A stretch of 64,000 nucleotides of DNA from Candidatus Daviesbacteria bacterium (lineage in GTDB: Bacteria > Patescibacteriota > Microgenomatia > Daviesbacterales > UBA10151). This document shows, piece after piece, positions 37,420-46,452 of this stretch. The notes below the pieces were generated by a model. That model was not told where the DNA came from and did not search any database. It saw nothing but the letters and a program-made list of their open reading frames with translations. The translations under genes and the position numbers were made by a program. Positions within the stretch are counted from its first letter, which is position 1. Each line of letters opens with the position of its first letter. Location: contig JAQUSJ010000001.1 of the NCBI GenBank assembly GCA_028715175.1, positions 472,368-536,367 of the forward strand, written 5' to 3'.

Positions 37420-39312
37420 ATGATTAAAAAGATTTCTGTTTTAATTATTTTCTTAATTCTTTTGGTTTTGCCACAGACTGTTTTTGCAGAAGGGGAATTT
37501 GCCACATCTTATGATGTTTTGTATGACGTTTCGGAGGCTGGAGTGACTACAGTCACAGAAAAAATTACCCTCAAAAATCTGACCTCACAATACTATGCCA
37601 ACCAGTTCAAATTAACTATTGGGGCAACCCAAATTTCCGATATTAAGGCTGCAGACCCCGGAGGAGCATTGGATGTAACCTCAGAGCAAAAAGATACAAC
37701 CACCACGATTAGTGTTAAATTTAACCAGCAGGTGGCGGGTTTGGGTAAGAGCTTGCCGTGGACTCTTTCTTTTAAGTCAAAAGATTTTGCTGAAAAAGTC
37801 GGTAAGGTTTGGGAGGTTAGGGTTCCAAGAATTTCTTCAACCACGAATTTGGAAGCCTATAACCTGACTCTTTCGGTACCGCAGAGTTTCGGCCAACCTT
37901 CTTTGATTAGTCCGAACCCCAAAAACCAGACTGTTTCCTCCGGAAGAATATTTTTGACTTTTGATAAAAGCCAGCTTACATCATCCGGTATTTCTGCAAA
38001 TTTCGGCAGCATGCAGATTTTTGATTTTGATTTGAGTTACCATCTGGAAAATAAAAACCTGGTGCCGATATTAACAAACATCGCGCTTCCTCCGGACACA
38101 TCTTTCCAGGATGTCATTTTTCAGCGCATAGACCCAAAGCCGCTTAACGTGACAGTAGACAGCGATGGTAACTACCTGGCCTGGTATAGATTAAACCGCG
38201 GACAAAAAATCGATGTTAAAGTTTTTGGCTCGGCAAAACTTTATACAAACTCTAAGGTAAAGCTCCCTGTGCTGGATGAGGCCTTAAGAAAAAAATATAC
38301 CGAATCTCAAAAATACTGGGAAAAAGATAACCCCCAAATTATGAGTAAGCTGGATGAAATTTTGGGTGACAGTCCCCCGGGCGATTTTGAAGGTAAAGCT
38401 AAGCTCATTTTTCAATACGTAGTGAATTCCCTGAAATATGATTCCGGCCGGTTAAAAAATAGTGATATTGAACGGCTTGGAGCTGTTACGGTTTTAGATA
38501 ACTCCAATTCTGCTGTTTGCATGGAATTTACCGATTTATTTCTGGCTTTATCCAGAGCGGCCGGCATTCCGGCCAGGGAATTAAACGGGTATGCGTACAC
38601 CGAGAATACAACGCTGCGGCCGCTATCTTTAACAAAAGATGTTTTACATGCATGGCCGGAGTATTGGAACGAACGGCGCGGATGGGTTATGGTTGATCCT
38701 ACCTGGGAAAATACCACCGGCGGCGTGGATTATTTTAATAAGCTGGATCTTAATCATTTTGTTTTTGCGGTTAAGGGTTCATCTTCACAGGAGCCAATTC
38801 CTGCCGGTTCGTATAAATATGCGGGTCAGGACAGTCATGATGTAAAAGTAACCTTATCGGAAAATGATTTTCTTGGTAAACCGCAGATTGATGTTGTGAT
38901 TGATGCTTTAAGCCCGATCTTGTCCGGTTTCCCCGGGGTTATCAAGGTGAAAGTTACAAATACAGGCAATGCTGTTTATCCCTCTGCGCCTCTTCAGATT
39001 TCCGCTGATAAACTCACAGCGCTTAACGGAGAGAATCAAAAAACAGGCCCTATACCCCCCTTTGGAAACGGCGAATTCAATTTTAATATCCGGACCAAAT
39101 CGCTTTTTGATTCTTATAAGGATCAAATTGTGATTAATATAGGCAGCCAGAAGTTTACTAAGGATGTGGTAGTAAAACCCTTTATCGTATTCCAACCTGT
39201 TTCTCTTTTGATAGCCGGAATATCTGTTGCTATGGTACTAATCTATTTTGTAGTGCTGGGCGGCCATATTTACCGTAAAAGAATTAAGAATGAACCTGTC
39301 AAAAAATCATGA
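37420..39312 (+). CDS. secreted transglutaminase-like domain protein with a C-terminal TM anchor
   Basis: Signal peptide; transglutaminase core Cys in AVCMEFTDLFLALSRAAGIPARELNGY, His in DVLHAWPEYW, Asp in VDPTW. Confidence 0.7.
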   Translation: MIKKISVLIIFLILLVLPQTVFAEGEFATSYDVLYDVSEAGVTTVTEKITLKNLTSQYYANQFKLTIGATQISDIKAADPGGALDVTSEQKDTTTTISVKFNQQVAGLGKSLPWTLSFKSKDFAEKVGKVWEVRVPRISSTTNLEAYNLTLSVPQSFGQPSLISPNPKNQTVSSGRIFLTFDKSQLTSSGISANFGSMQIFDFDLSYHLENKNLVPILTNIALPPDTSFQDVIFQRIDPKPLNVTVDSDGNYLAWYRLNRGQKIDVKVFGSAKLYTNSKVKLPVLDEALRKKYTESQKYWEKDNPQIMSKLDEILGDSPPGDFEGKAKLIFQYVVNSLKYDSGRLKNSDIERLGAVTVLDNSNSAVCMEFTDLFLALSRAAGIPARELNGYAYTENTTLRPLSLTKDVLHAWPEYWNERRGWVMVDPTWENTTGGVDYFNKLDLNHFVFAVKGSSSQEPIPAGSYKYAGQDSHDVKVTLSENDFLGKPQIDVVIDALSPILSGFPGVIKVKVTNTGNAVYPSAPLQISADKLTALNGENQKTGPIPPFGNGEFNFNIRTKSLFDSYKDQIVINIGSQKFTKDVVVKPFIVFQPVSLLIAGISVAMVLIYFVVLGGHIYRKRIKNEPVKKS

Positions 39313-40628
39313 GTTGGCTCCGCTTTAAATCCGAAATTCCGCGAAGACCAGGTGTCTATATATTTAAAGATAAAGACGGGAAGATTTTATATGTCGGAAA
39401 GGCTGTTGATCTTTATCAGCGCGTTACTTCATACGGTGTCAACCTAACCCACACCAGGGGTGGGATACGCATACACCGTGATAATACTAAAGTAGCAACT
39501 CTTGTTGAACATATCGCCAAAGTGGAAACAATTACAGTTGAATCGGAGCTTGAAGCTTTGATCCTGGAAGCCAATCTTATTAAAAAATATTTGCCTCCGT
39601 TTAATGTCAGACTCACAGATGACAAGGATTATTTGTACATTGCAGTCAGTAAAGAAGCTTTCCCAAAAATTGTGACTGCCAGGAAAAAAGATCTCCAGAT
39701 AATGAAAAAACATTGGGGTCCATTCCCTTCAAGCAGAACTGTCAGGGAAACATTAAAATCATTAAGAAAAGTCTTCCCCTGGTGCGCTGCAGCTTCGCAA
39801 GGGGACGCCTTGCGAAGCAAAACACGATTCCGTCCATGTTTTTATTATCACCTGAAACTATGTCCAGGAGCGTGCATTGGCTTAATAAGTAAAGAAGAAT
39901 ACAACAAAATTATTAACAGGTTTTCCAAATTTATGGACGGAAAAAAGGAGCAACTGATTACCGAACTGACTGCCGAAATGAAGCAAGCAGGGCAAAAACA
40001 AAAATTTGAGGAAGCAGCTAAGATCAAAAAAACAATCGAGGGTATTTTCTATTTAACCCAAACCAACAGGACCGGGCTTTATTTAGAAAATCCTAATTTT
40101 TTACAGGATGAAGGAAGCCTTGCCCTTGAGCAATTAAAAAAAGATTTAAACCTGGGGAAACTACCTGAAAGGATAGAAGGGTATGATATTTCAAATATCC
40201 AGGGCTATGAGGCCACCGGTTCAATGGTTGTTTTAACTAAAGGGGAAATTGATAAATCGCAGTACAGGAAATTTAAGATTAGCTCGTCAGCCGGCGGATT
40301 CAGTCGTCCAAACGATGTGGCTATGATACGTGAGGTGCTGCGGCGCAGATTAAAGCATACCGAGTGGCCTTTGCCTGATTTAATATTAGTAGACGGCGGT
40401 AGAGGACAAGCTAGAGCTGTTCAGGTAACAATTCAACAATTTAGCAATGCAGCAATTCCCGTATTTGGTCTGGCAAAACGGATGGAATGGCTTTATCCGC
40501 CTAAAGGTGAAATTCTAAAGCTTCCAAGAAAAAGTCTTTCTTTGAAATTGTTGCAAAAGCTGCGTGATGAGGCTCACAGGTTTGCCATTAGCTATCACAG
40601 GAAACTTCGTGATAGGATTATAGTATAA
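39309..40628 (+). CDS. uvrC: excinuclease ABC subunit C, short form lacking the C-terminal (HhH)2 domain
   Basis: 439 aa; N-terminal GIY-YIG (GVYIFKDKDGKILYVGKA, ELEALILEANLIKKY), UvrBC motif (KFEEAAKIKKTIEGI), RNase H-like endonuclease domain (EGYDISN); no HhH at the C-terminus. Confidence 0.8.
   Translation: MSWLRFKSEIPRRPGVYIFKDKDGKILYVGKAVDLYQRVTSYGVNLTHTRGGIRIHRDNTKVATLVEHIAKVETITVESELEALILEANLIKKYLPPFNVRLTDDKDYLYIAVSKEAFPKIVTARKKDLQIMKKHWGPFPSSRTVRETLKSLRKVFPWCAAASQGDALRSKTRFRPCFYYHLKLCPGACIGLISKEEYNKIINRFSKFMDGKKEQLITELTAEMKQAGQKQKFEEAAKIKKTIEGIFYLTQTNRTGLYLENPNFLQDEGSLALEQLKKDLNLGKLPERIEGYDISNIQGYEATGSMVVLTKGEIDKSQYRKFKISSSAGGFSRPNDVAMIREVLRRRLKHTEWPLPDLILVDGGRGQARAVQVTIQQFSNAAIPVFGLAKRMEWLYPPKGEILKLPRKSLSLKLLQKLRDEAHRFAISYHRKLRDRIIV
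39792..39818. repeat. family A hairpin element copy 5, a perfect 11-bp stem, in-frame inside uvrC (encodes ASQGDALRS)
   Basis: gcttcgcaagg-ggacg-ccttgcgaagc. Confidence 0.75.
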
Positions 40629-40694
40629 GAGTAGCTAGTGATGAGTCAAAATAAAAAGACTCATCACTCTTATCTTAGTTACTCGTATCCTAAT

Positions 40695-41096
40695 ATGAAA
40701 ACTTTGCTCCGCTATTTCCTGATCAATACAGTTTCCCTTTGGATGGTTACAAGAGCGGTCCCCGGTTTGACTTATTCAGGCGGGGTAAAGAGTTTGTTTC
40801 TTGGGGGATTGGCATTTATGCTGATAAATTTTCTCCTGGTTCCCATACTTAAAATATTGTTTCTGCCGCTAAATCTTTTGACGCTGGGATTTTTTGCCTG
40901 GGTTACAAATGTTTTGGCCCTTTATGCCCTGACTACAATTGTTTCCGATTTTCAATTAGTTCCTTATACTTTTCCCGGATATAGCTACAACGGATTTAAC
41001 CTTCCCCCTTATGATTTATCTCCTTTTTTGGTGGCAGTCGTAGTCTCTTTTTTAATCGGGGTAATTACCCATTTTCTGCAGTGGCTTACTCATTAA
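40695..41096 (+). CDS. YvlD/DUF360 (phage_holin_4_2 superfamily) small membrane protein
   Basis: Start moved to ATG 40695 (MKTLLRYF...); four predicted TM helices with the pattern LINFLLVPIL...N.L..Y.LT. Confidence 0.5.
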   Translation: MKTLLRYFLINTVSLWMVTRAVPGLTYSGGVKSLFLGGLAFMLINFLLVPILKILFLPLNLLTLGFFAWVTNVLALYALTTIVSDFQLVPYTFPGYSYNGFNLPPYDLSPFLVAVVVSFLIGVITHFLQWLTH

Positions 41097-41121
41097 AGTT
41101 TGGTGTATAATCTAACCGATT

Positions 41122-41337
41122 ATGAAAGCTGCAATCTCGCTAATTCAAATAATACTGGGTATTCTTTTGATTTTGATAATTATTATTCAACAAAAAGGTT
41201 CAGGTTTAGGTACCAGCTTTGGCGGCGATATGTCTTTTTACCGCACAAAAAGGGGAGCGGAGAAACTCCTTTTCTATGCAACTATTGCTGTAGCCTTAGC
41301 CTTTGTTTTATTTTCCTTAATCGGTTTAATGGTTTAG
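41122..41337 (+). CDS. secG: preprotein translocase subunit SecG
   Basis: 71 aa, two TM segments, central GSGLGTSFGG motif. Confidence 0.75.
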   Translation: MKAAISLIQIILGILLILIIIIQQKGSGLGTSFGGDMSFYRTKRGAEKLLFYATIAVALAFVLFSLIGLMV

Positions 41338-41343
41338 TAAATT

Positions 41344-42717
41344 ATGAATCTTAGATCCGTGAGGCTTTTTCTTTTGATTACCCGGGAATACCTGAAAAGA
41401 AATGCAATCCGGGTTATAGGCGGCATAGTTTTGATCATGCTTCTGGTGATTTTTCAGACCAGGCTAAAGCTTTTCTATTCACCGGACATTATCAGGGTAG
41501 GTTTAATCGGGACTTATCAGGAACATGATCTGCCTATTGAGGTAACAAGACTGTTATCTTCCGGCTTGATTGAAGCAAGCAGCGACGGAAAAATTAAACC
41601 AAACCTGGTAAGCGGCTGGGAAACCAATAATGATGCCACAAGTTTTAAGTTTAAATTGAAGGATTTAAAATGGGTTGATAAAGAAACTGTAAAAGCATCC
41701 GATCTGGAATTTTCTATCCCAAATACAAACGTTTCCTTTCCGGATGATAAAATAATTCAATTCGACCTGAAGGAATCATATTCTCCTTTGCCCTCGCTTC
41801 TAACGAAACCTATTTTTAAAAAAGGTACTCTGATTGGGACAGGTCCGTATAAGATAAAAAAGATTGAAAAAAGCAGGATTTTTATTACGAAACTTATTCT
41901 GGAACCGCAGGATGGTAAATCTCCAGGTATAGTTGTAAGATTTTACCCGAACGAGAAGATAGCCGTTACAGGTTTTAATTTGGGAGAGGTACAGGTTTTA
42001 ATGGGTTTAAGCAATCCAAAGCTGGTTGGTTCAAGTCCCTTAATCGGTGCAGTGCAAACTATTGATTACTCAAAAATTGTCACAATTTTATTCCAGACAA
42101 CGGATTCGCTTTTGCATAACCGTTCACTCCGTCAGTCATTAGCTTTCCAGACTCCTAAAATAGAAAATGAAGAAGTTGCTAATAATCCTTATCCTCCGCA
42201 ATCCTGGGCCCGCGACAGCGATTCCAAAAAATATCTGTCTAATCCTGAGGAAGCAGCAGCAGCTCTGGAGCGGGCAAAGTCGACTCTACCGGATGATCAG
42301 CTGCGTTCGGGGTTAATTCTAACAGCGACTCCGAATTTGGAGGAGGTGGGAAAAGTTGTTGTAGAATCCTGGAAAAAGTTGGGATTTGACAGTAAGCTCC
42401 GGATAGAATCAGGTATCCCTCAAAATTTTCAAGCGCTTTTAATCACCCAAAGCATACCGGTTGATCCTGACCAGTATTTTCTGTGGCACGCAACTCAAGC
42501 AAAAACCAATTTAACAAGATACGATTCCAAAAGAGTAGATAAGGATTTAGAGGACGGAAGGAAGATAATTTCAGAGGAAGATAGAAAGGTAAAATATTTT
42601 GATTTTCAAAAAACCCTGCTGGAAGATGCTCCTGCAGTATTTTTATATTTCCCGAAACATAATGTTATTTACCTTAAAAAGTTGGAGCCGTTTTTGAATA
42701 AAATATTAATTCCTTAA
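41344..42717 (+). CDS. family-5 solute-binding protein-like (peptide/nickel ABC substrate-binding fold), membrane-anchored
   Basis: N-terminal TM; loose SBP_bac_5 similarity (IGTGPYKIKKIE..., LRSGLILTATPN...). Confidence 0.4.
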   Translation: MNLRSVRLFLLITREYLKRNAIRVIGGIVLIMLLVIFQTRLKLFYSPDIIRVGLIGTYQEHDLPIEVTRLLSSGLIEASSDGKIKPNLVSGWETNNDATSFKFKLKDLKWVDKETVKASDLEFSIPNTNVSFPDDKIIQFDLKESYSPLPSLLTKPIFKKGTLIGTGPYKIKKIEKSRIFITKLILEPQDGKSPGIVVRFYPNEKIAVTGFNLGEVQVLMGLSNPKLVGSSPLIGAVQTIDYSKIVTILFQTTDSLLHNRSLRQSLAFQTPKIENEEVANNPYPPQSWARDSDSKKYLSNPEEAAAALERAKSTLPDDQLRSGLILTATPNLEEVGKVVVESWKKLGFDSKLRIESGIPQNFQALLITQSIPVDPDQYFLWHATQAKTNLTRYDSKRVDKDLEDGRKIISEEDRKVKYFDFQKTLLEDAPAVFLYFPKHNVIYLKKLEPFLNKILIP

Positions 42718-43083
42718 TTTAGGAAGATGGTTGCCGGTAGACTTTAAAATGCTGCCTCTTTTTAAGGCATTAAGCTCGTGTTGCATTGCTTTTATCTGAT
42801 GTCCGGTATAAATTAAGCCGTTGTAGGTTTTTTCTTCACCTTCCTGGAGTTCTTCTATATGTTTTTTTACCTCATCCAGACCTTTGGTGTTTTTGTTAAC
42901 AGATATCTGAATCAGGGTTGTAAGGTAAAGTACCTCCAAAAATACTGCCATAACTAAAATAAACTGAATTAAACCCGTTGTCAGCCCAAGCAGTCCGAGA
43001 ACAAAAATTCCACCAAAAAGCAGGAGATTTATTATTAAAGGCAGAAAAATTTTTTTAGATGAAAATAATTCTTTCAAAATCAT
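42706..43083 (-). CDS. small membrane protein (two TM segments + coiled-coil tail), uncharacterised
   Basis: 125-aa ORF, hydrophobic N-terminal half. Confidence 0.35.
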   Translation of the reverse strand: MILKELFSSKKIFLPLIINLLLFGGIFVLGLLGLTTGLIQFILVMAVFLEVLYLTTLIQISVNKNTKGLDEVKKHIEELQEGEEKTYNGLIYTGHQIKAMQHELNALKRGSILKSTGNHLPKLRN

Positions 43084-43196
43084 GCTTCCCCCTAAATCAC
43101 TAAAAAAATCTCTTAACCTGCTCTTTTAACGGTTTTAGAGATTTCTAAATTAATTGTCTACCTGTTGGTTTAATATGTCAACACCCCAAATTAGCT

Positions 43197-44288
43197 TTAA
43201 AACCAACCTCTTTTTTTAAAATAAAGGCTCATTAAAAGAGCAGGAATTGTACCCGTGATCAGGATAATTATAAATGTGGTGTATTTTCCTAAAAAGGTCC
43301 AGGATCCGGCTTCTATTCCTCCCGGGAGTAAAACATTCATCCCAAAAAATGTTCCGATAACTGTAGCCGGAAGGGTGAAGGTAAAAAGAATAGTCAAAAC
43401 AGCCAAAGTTTTGTTGGTTTTTTCTGAACTGATAGTAAAATCCGCATCTTTATAAATATCAACCGTTTCCCGCGCTTCTTCTAAAGTTTCCCAGGCTTTG
43501 TCAATCGAATCGGCAATATTCTCAAAATAAATGGATAAATTAGTTGAACTGAATTTGTTTATTTTAGTGGTCATCTCTGCCATTAATGATTTTAAAGGTC
43601 TGATTACCCGCCTTGAGGAAAGTATCTTGTGTCTTAATTGACCGATTTTATAAACTCCGGATACCTTATCGTCAAACACAATATCCTCTGTTTCATCTAC
43701 CTCTTTTAAGATTATTTGCAATAGTTGAGTTAAGTCATCGGTTAGCTGGTTAATAATGGTGTACAACAAGTTGGCAGAAGAATTATCAATGTACACCTTT
43801 CGTTGTTCTTTGCTTTCTTTACACTCATTAAATATCCTGGAAACCGTATCTTTAGAGCTGTCATGGACGGTAACGAGGTAATTTTTACCTAAAAAGAAGC
43901 ATATTTGATTAATAGTGATACTTTCTTCATTGGCATTAAGCGCGGGAAAACGAAGCAGTAAAAATAAATATTTATCCTCTGAATTTTGCTCAATTTTAGG
44001 GAAATGTCCTTTAGACATACAATCTTCAAGGTGTAAAGGATGGAAAGGATATTTTTGGACCAGTTCGCTAATTTCCTTTCGGCTGGGATTTCTGACATCT
44101 ACCCAAAGGATCTTGCCGTTGCGGATTGATTGTATTTTATCATTTTTTTGGTCTGAATCTATTTCTTGCTTTCCATCTTCTTTGATATTGAGGAAGCTTA
44201 AATAGTATTTAAGAGCCCCGACCAGTTTTCTAGGTTTACCCAGTAAAATTTGTATATCTTTTAGTGTTCCGGTTAAAGTTTTGGTCAT
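43197..44288 (-). CDS. corA: magnesium/cobalt transporter CorA
   Basis: 363 aa; C-terminal two TM segments with the GMN motif (FFGMNVLLPGG). Confidence 0.9.
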   Translation of the reverse strand: MTKTLTGTLKDIQILLGKPRKLVGALKYYLSFLNIKEDGKQEIDSDQKNDKIQSIRNGKILWVDVRNPSRKEISELVQKYPFHPLHLEDCMSKGHFPKIEQNSEDKYLFLLLRFPALNANEESITINQICFFLGKNYLVTVHDSSKDTVSRIFNECKESKEQRKVYIDNSSANLLYTIINQLTDDLTQLLQIILKEVDETEDIVFDDKVSGVYKIGQLRHKILSSRRVIRPLKSLMAEMTTKINKFSSTNLSIYFENIADSIDKAWETLEEARETVDIYKDADFTISSEKTNKTLAVLTILFTFTLPATVIGTFFGMNVLLPGGIEAGSWTFLGKYTTFIIILITGTIPALLMSLYFKKRGWF

Positions 44289-44303
44289 AATTTTTCCCCT
44301 TTT

Positions 44304-44343
44304 AAAAAAGCGTAGGAAGAAAAGATACTTGCTTCTTCTACGC
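44304..44343 (-). terminator. intrinsic terminator/attenuator in the corA 5' leader (12-bp stem, then U6, then RBS and ATG)
   Basis: Minus strand reads gcgtagaagaagcaagtatcttttcttcctacgc + tttttt + aaaagggg + N9 + ATG. Confidence 0.6.
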
Positions 44344-44517
44344 TCAACAAGTTAAGTTTAGTCCCCTGCTTTGAGGCTTGTCAAGACTGCAAATTGGCTT
44401 CATTAAACTTAGGTTTCTCCAATAGTACAAGAAGTTCTAGCACCTGTTAACTAGAGTAACTCTTGCTCAATTTTAGGGAGTTGTGAATCATGTAGTTTTT
44501 GAATTACAGGATATCTT

Positions 44518-44988
44518 TTGATATTATTATCTGCTATGGCAGGCAAAGAAGCTCCTTGGTTAATAGACCTAAGAAAAACTCTTAAGACAATGAGGGATAC
44601 AAATGCCGATTACTTGGTAGCTGATGATGGTTACAATAAGACTGTTATCAGACGGCGTAGCCATACCTCTGTTCCTAAAGGATTTTCTCCAGAAGAAGAC
44701 CTTCCCAATTATGAAAATGAGACAAGATATTCACAAATAAAGGCTCCTTTTACTGGTGTTTTATACCGAAGACCTGAACCAGAAAAACCATATTATGTAA
44801 ATGAAGGTGATTTCGTTGAAGAGGGCCAAATTGTGGCTATGATCGAAGCCATGAAACTTGTTAATGTAATCGAGGCAACAAGGTCGGGACAAGTAATTAA
44901 AATTTTTTGCCAAGATGGAACAACCGTCAATAAAGACGATATCTTAATGGTTTTAAACCTTACCAAAATTCCAATGCAAAACCACTAG
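44518..44988 (+). CDS. biotinyl/lipoyl-domain protein (BCCP-like), orphan
   Basis: C-terminal EGQIVAMIEAMKLVNVIEA resembles the biotinyl domain with an AMK motif. Confidence 0.55.
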   Translation: MILLSAMAGKEAPWLIDLRKTLKTMRDTNADYLVADDGYNKTVIRRRSHTSVPKGFSPEEDLPNYENETRYSQIKAPFTGVLYRRPEPEKPYYVNEGDFVEEGQIVAMIEAMKLVNVIEATRSGQVIKIFCQDGTTVNKDDILMVLNLTKIPMQNH

Positions 44989-45044
44989 ACTACTTGGAAG
45001 GTGATTAGCTTGAATCATGCGATATTTCTTGTTACTATTCCAGA

Positions 45045-45527
45045 ATGAAAAGATTGTCTGGTGTTGCGGATCAGGCTAGGTTGAGTGATGCTAAATCGAT
45101 CCAAAAGCTAGTCAATCATTTTGCCGACCAGGATAGAATGCTTCACCGTAAGTTAAAGGATATCCGCAAAGACATCGGTGATTTCATCGTCTACAGAATG
45201 GACGGTGAAGTTGTGGGATGTGCTGCTCTTCATAGGCTCTCAGACAATTTGGCTGAAATTAGAGCAGTGGCAGTCCGGGAAAAAGATCAAAAACATGGTA
45301 TTGGGAGAAAGCTGGTTGAAGCTTGTCTGGAAAAAGCCCAAACTTCAGGAATCCCTGATGTACTTTTACTCACATATGAACCTGGTTATTTCGGACGTTT
45401 TGGCTTCGAGAAGACCAAAATCAAAATAGAGAATTTTCATCACAAATTGTACGGTGAATGCTTAAATCGTCCTAAAGGTCCACCAGGTAAATGCGGCGAA
45501 ATTGCCATGGTTTACCATTTATCCTAA
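45045..45527 (+). CDS. GNAT family N-acetyltransferase
   Basis: AVREKDQKHGIGRKLVEACLEKA acetyl-CoA binding motif (Q/RxxGxG/A). Confidence 0.75.
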   Translation: MKRLSGVADQARLSDAKSIQKLVNHFADQDRMLHRKLKDIRKDIGDFIVYRMDGEVVGCAALHRLSDNLAEIRAVAVREKDQKHGIGRKLVEACLEKAQTSGIPDVLLLTYEPGYFGRFGFEKTKIKIENFHHKLYGECLNRPKGPPGKCGEIAMVYHLS

Positions 45528-45598
45528 TACTGGTGCTGGCAGACTGTTAGTAGGTAAGTTTCCCTAAGTACTTTTTCTACAGCTTGCCAGCTTTTTCT

Positions 45599-46015
45599 TT
45601 AATCTGTTTTAACTTCTATCCTTTTAGGCTTTGGTGCAGGAACTTTTTCAAATATTGCATGCATCATGCCATTTTTATAAGTCACCTTTGGCTCCTTTTT
45701 GCTATCCAGGCTTTCTGGAACAACTACAGAGTAAGCAAATTGACTGGTTGCTTTTCTGTAAAACTTTTTTCCTTTCTCTTCTTCTTTTCCTTCTCCTCGA
45801 ATATGTAATATCCCTCTATCAAAAGTTACCTCTATATCTTTAGGACCTAGACCAGGAAAGGCTGCATCTACGTAATAGCTCTTTTCATCCTCGGAAACTG
45901 ACAATCCGCTCGGAATAGTATCTAGCCTAGTTTCGCTCATCAGATCTTCCCAAATAGATGGCAACATGGTTTTAGGAAAGGTCCAAAAATCTCGTAACAT
46001 TAAGCCGTTTGGCAT
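45599..46015 (-). CDS. Hsp20/alpha-crystallin family small heat-shock protein
   Basis: 138 aa; alpha-crystallin domain (DAAFPGLGPKDIEV...GILHIRGE). Confidence 0.85.
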   Translation of the reverse strand: MPNGLMLRDFWTFPKTMLPSIWEDLMSETRLDTIPSGLSVSEDEKSYYVDAAFPGLGPKDIEVTFDRGILHIRGEGKEEEKGKKFYRKATSQFAYSVVVPESLDSKKEPKVTYKNGMMHAIFEKVPAPKPKRIEVKTD

Positions 46016-46050
46016 TATTTTTCACCTCCAATCTGCCTCTAGATGAGGAG

Positions 46051-46395
46051 TTAATAACCCAATCTTGTCCTGGGTTCTCCTTGAAACAGCTTGATCCCTG
46101 CCAGAATTACCGTTATCCCTCCGATGATCATTAATGTCCATACCGCCGCAGTTACGGTAGTAAAGTTTAAAACAAATGGAGCTAAAATGGTTCCTATGCC
46201 GGCAATGCCAACAATCCAGTATTCCCAGGTATCTTTACCTTTAGCAAAACCTGCTAAAGTTGATGCCACAATTAAAACTGCTCCAAAGATAAAGCTAGTC
46301 CACAGTGCGCTAGGATTATCACTGTAATTCAATAAGTAAGGAGTAATAATTGAAACAAAACCTAATAAACCTGTAAACCAGTGCATACTTTTCAC
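46051..46395 (-). CDS. SPW-repeat-like small membrane protein
   Basis: 114 aa, four TM segments with repeated ITPY/LAPF motifs. Confidence 0.4.
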   Translation of the reverse strand: MKSMHWFTGLLGFVSIITPYLLNYSDNPSALWTSFIFGAVLIVASTLAGFAKGKDTWEYWIVGIAGIGTILAPFVLNFTTVTAAVWTLMIIGGITVILAGIKLFQGEPRTRLGY

Positions 46396-46452
46396 CTCCT
46401 CTCTTGTAAAGATTTTATATTTTCAACTATAAAACGAGATACAAGTTTTTGC

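Noticed and set aside
43084-43196. 8-bp inverted repeat aaatctct-N23-agagattt in the corA-downstream intergenic region
   Set aside because: Short arms and a long loop in an AT-rich spacer. Compatible with chance. Probably just part of the promoter or terminator region between two minus-strand genes.
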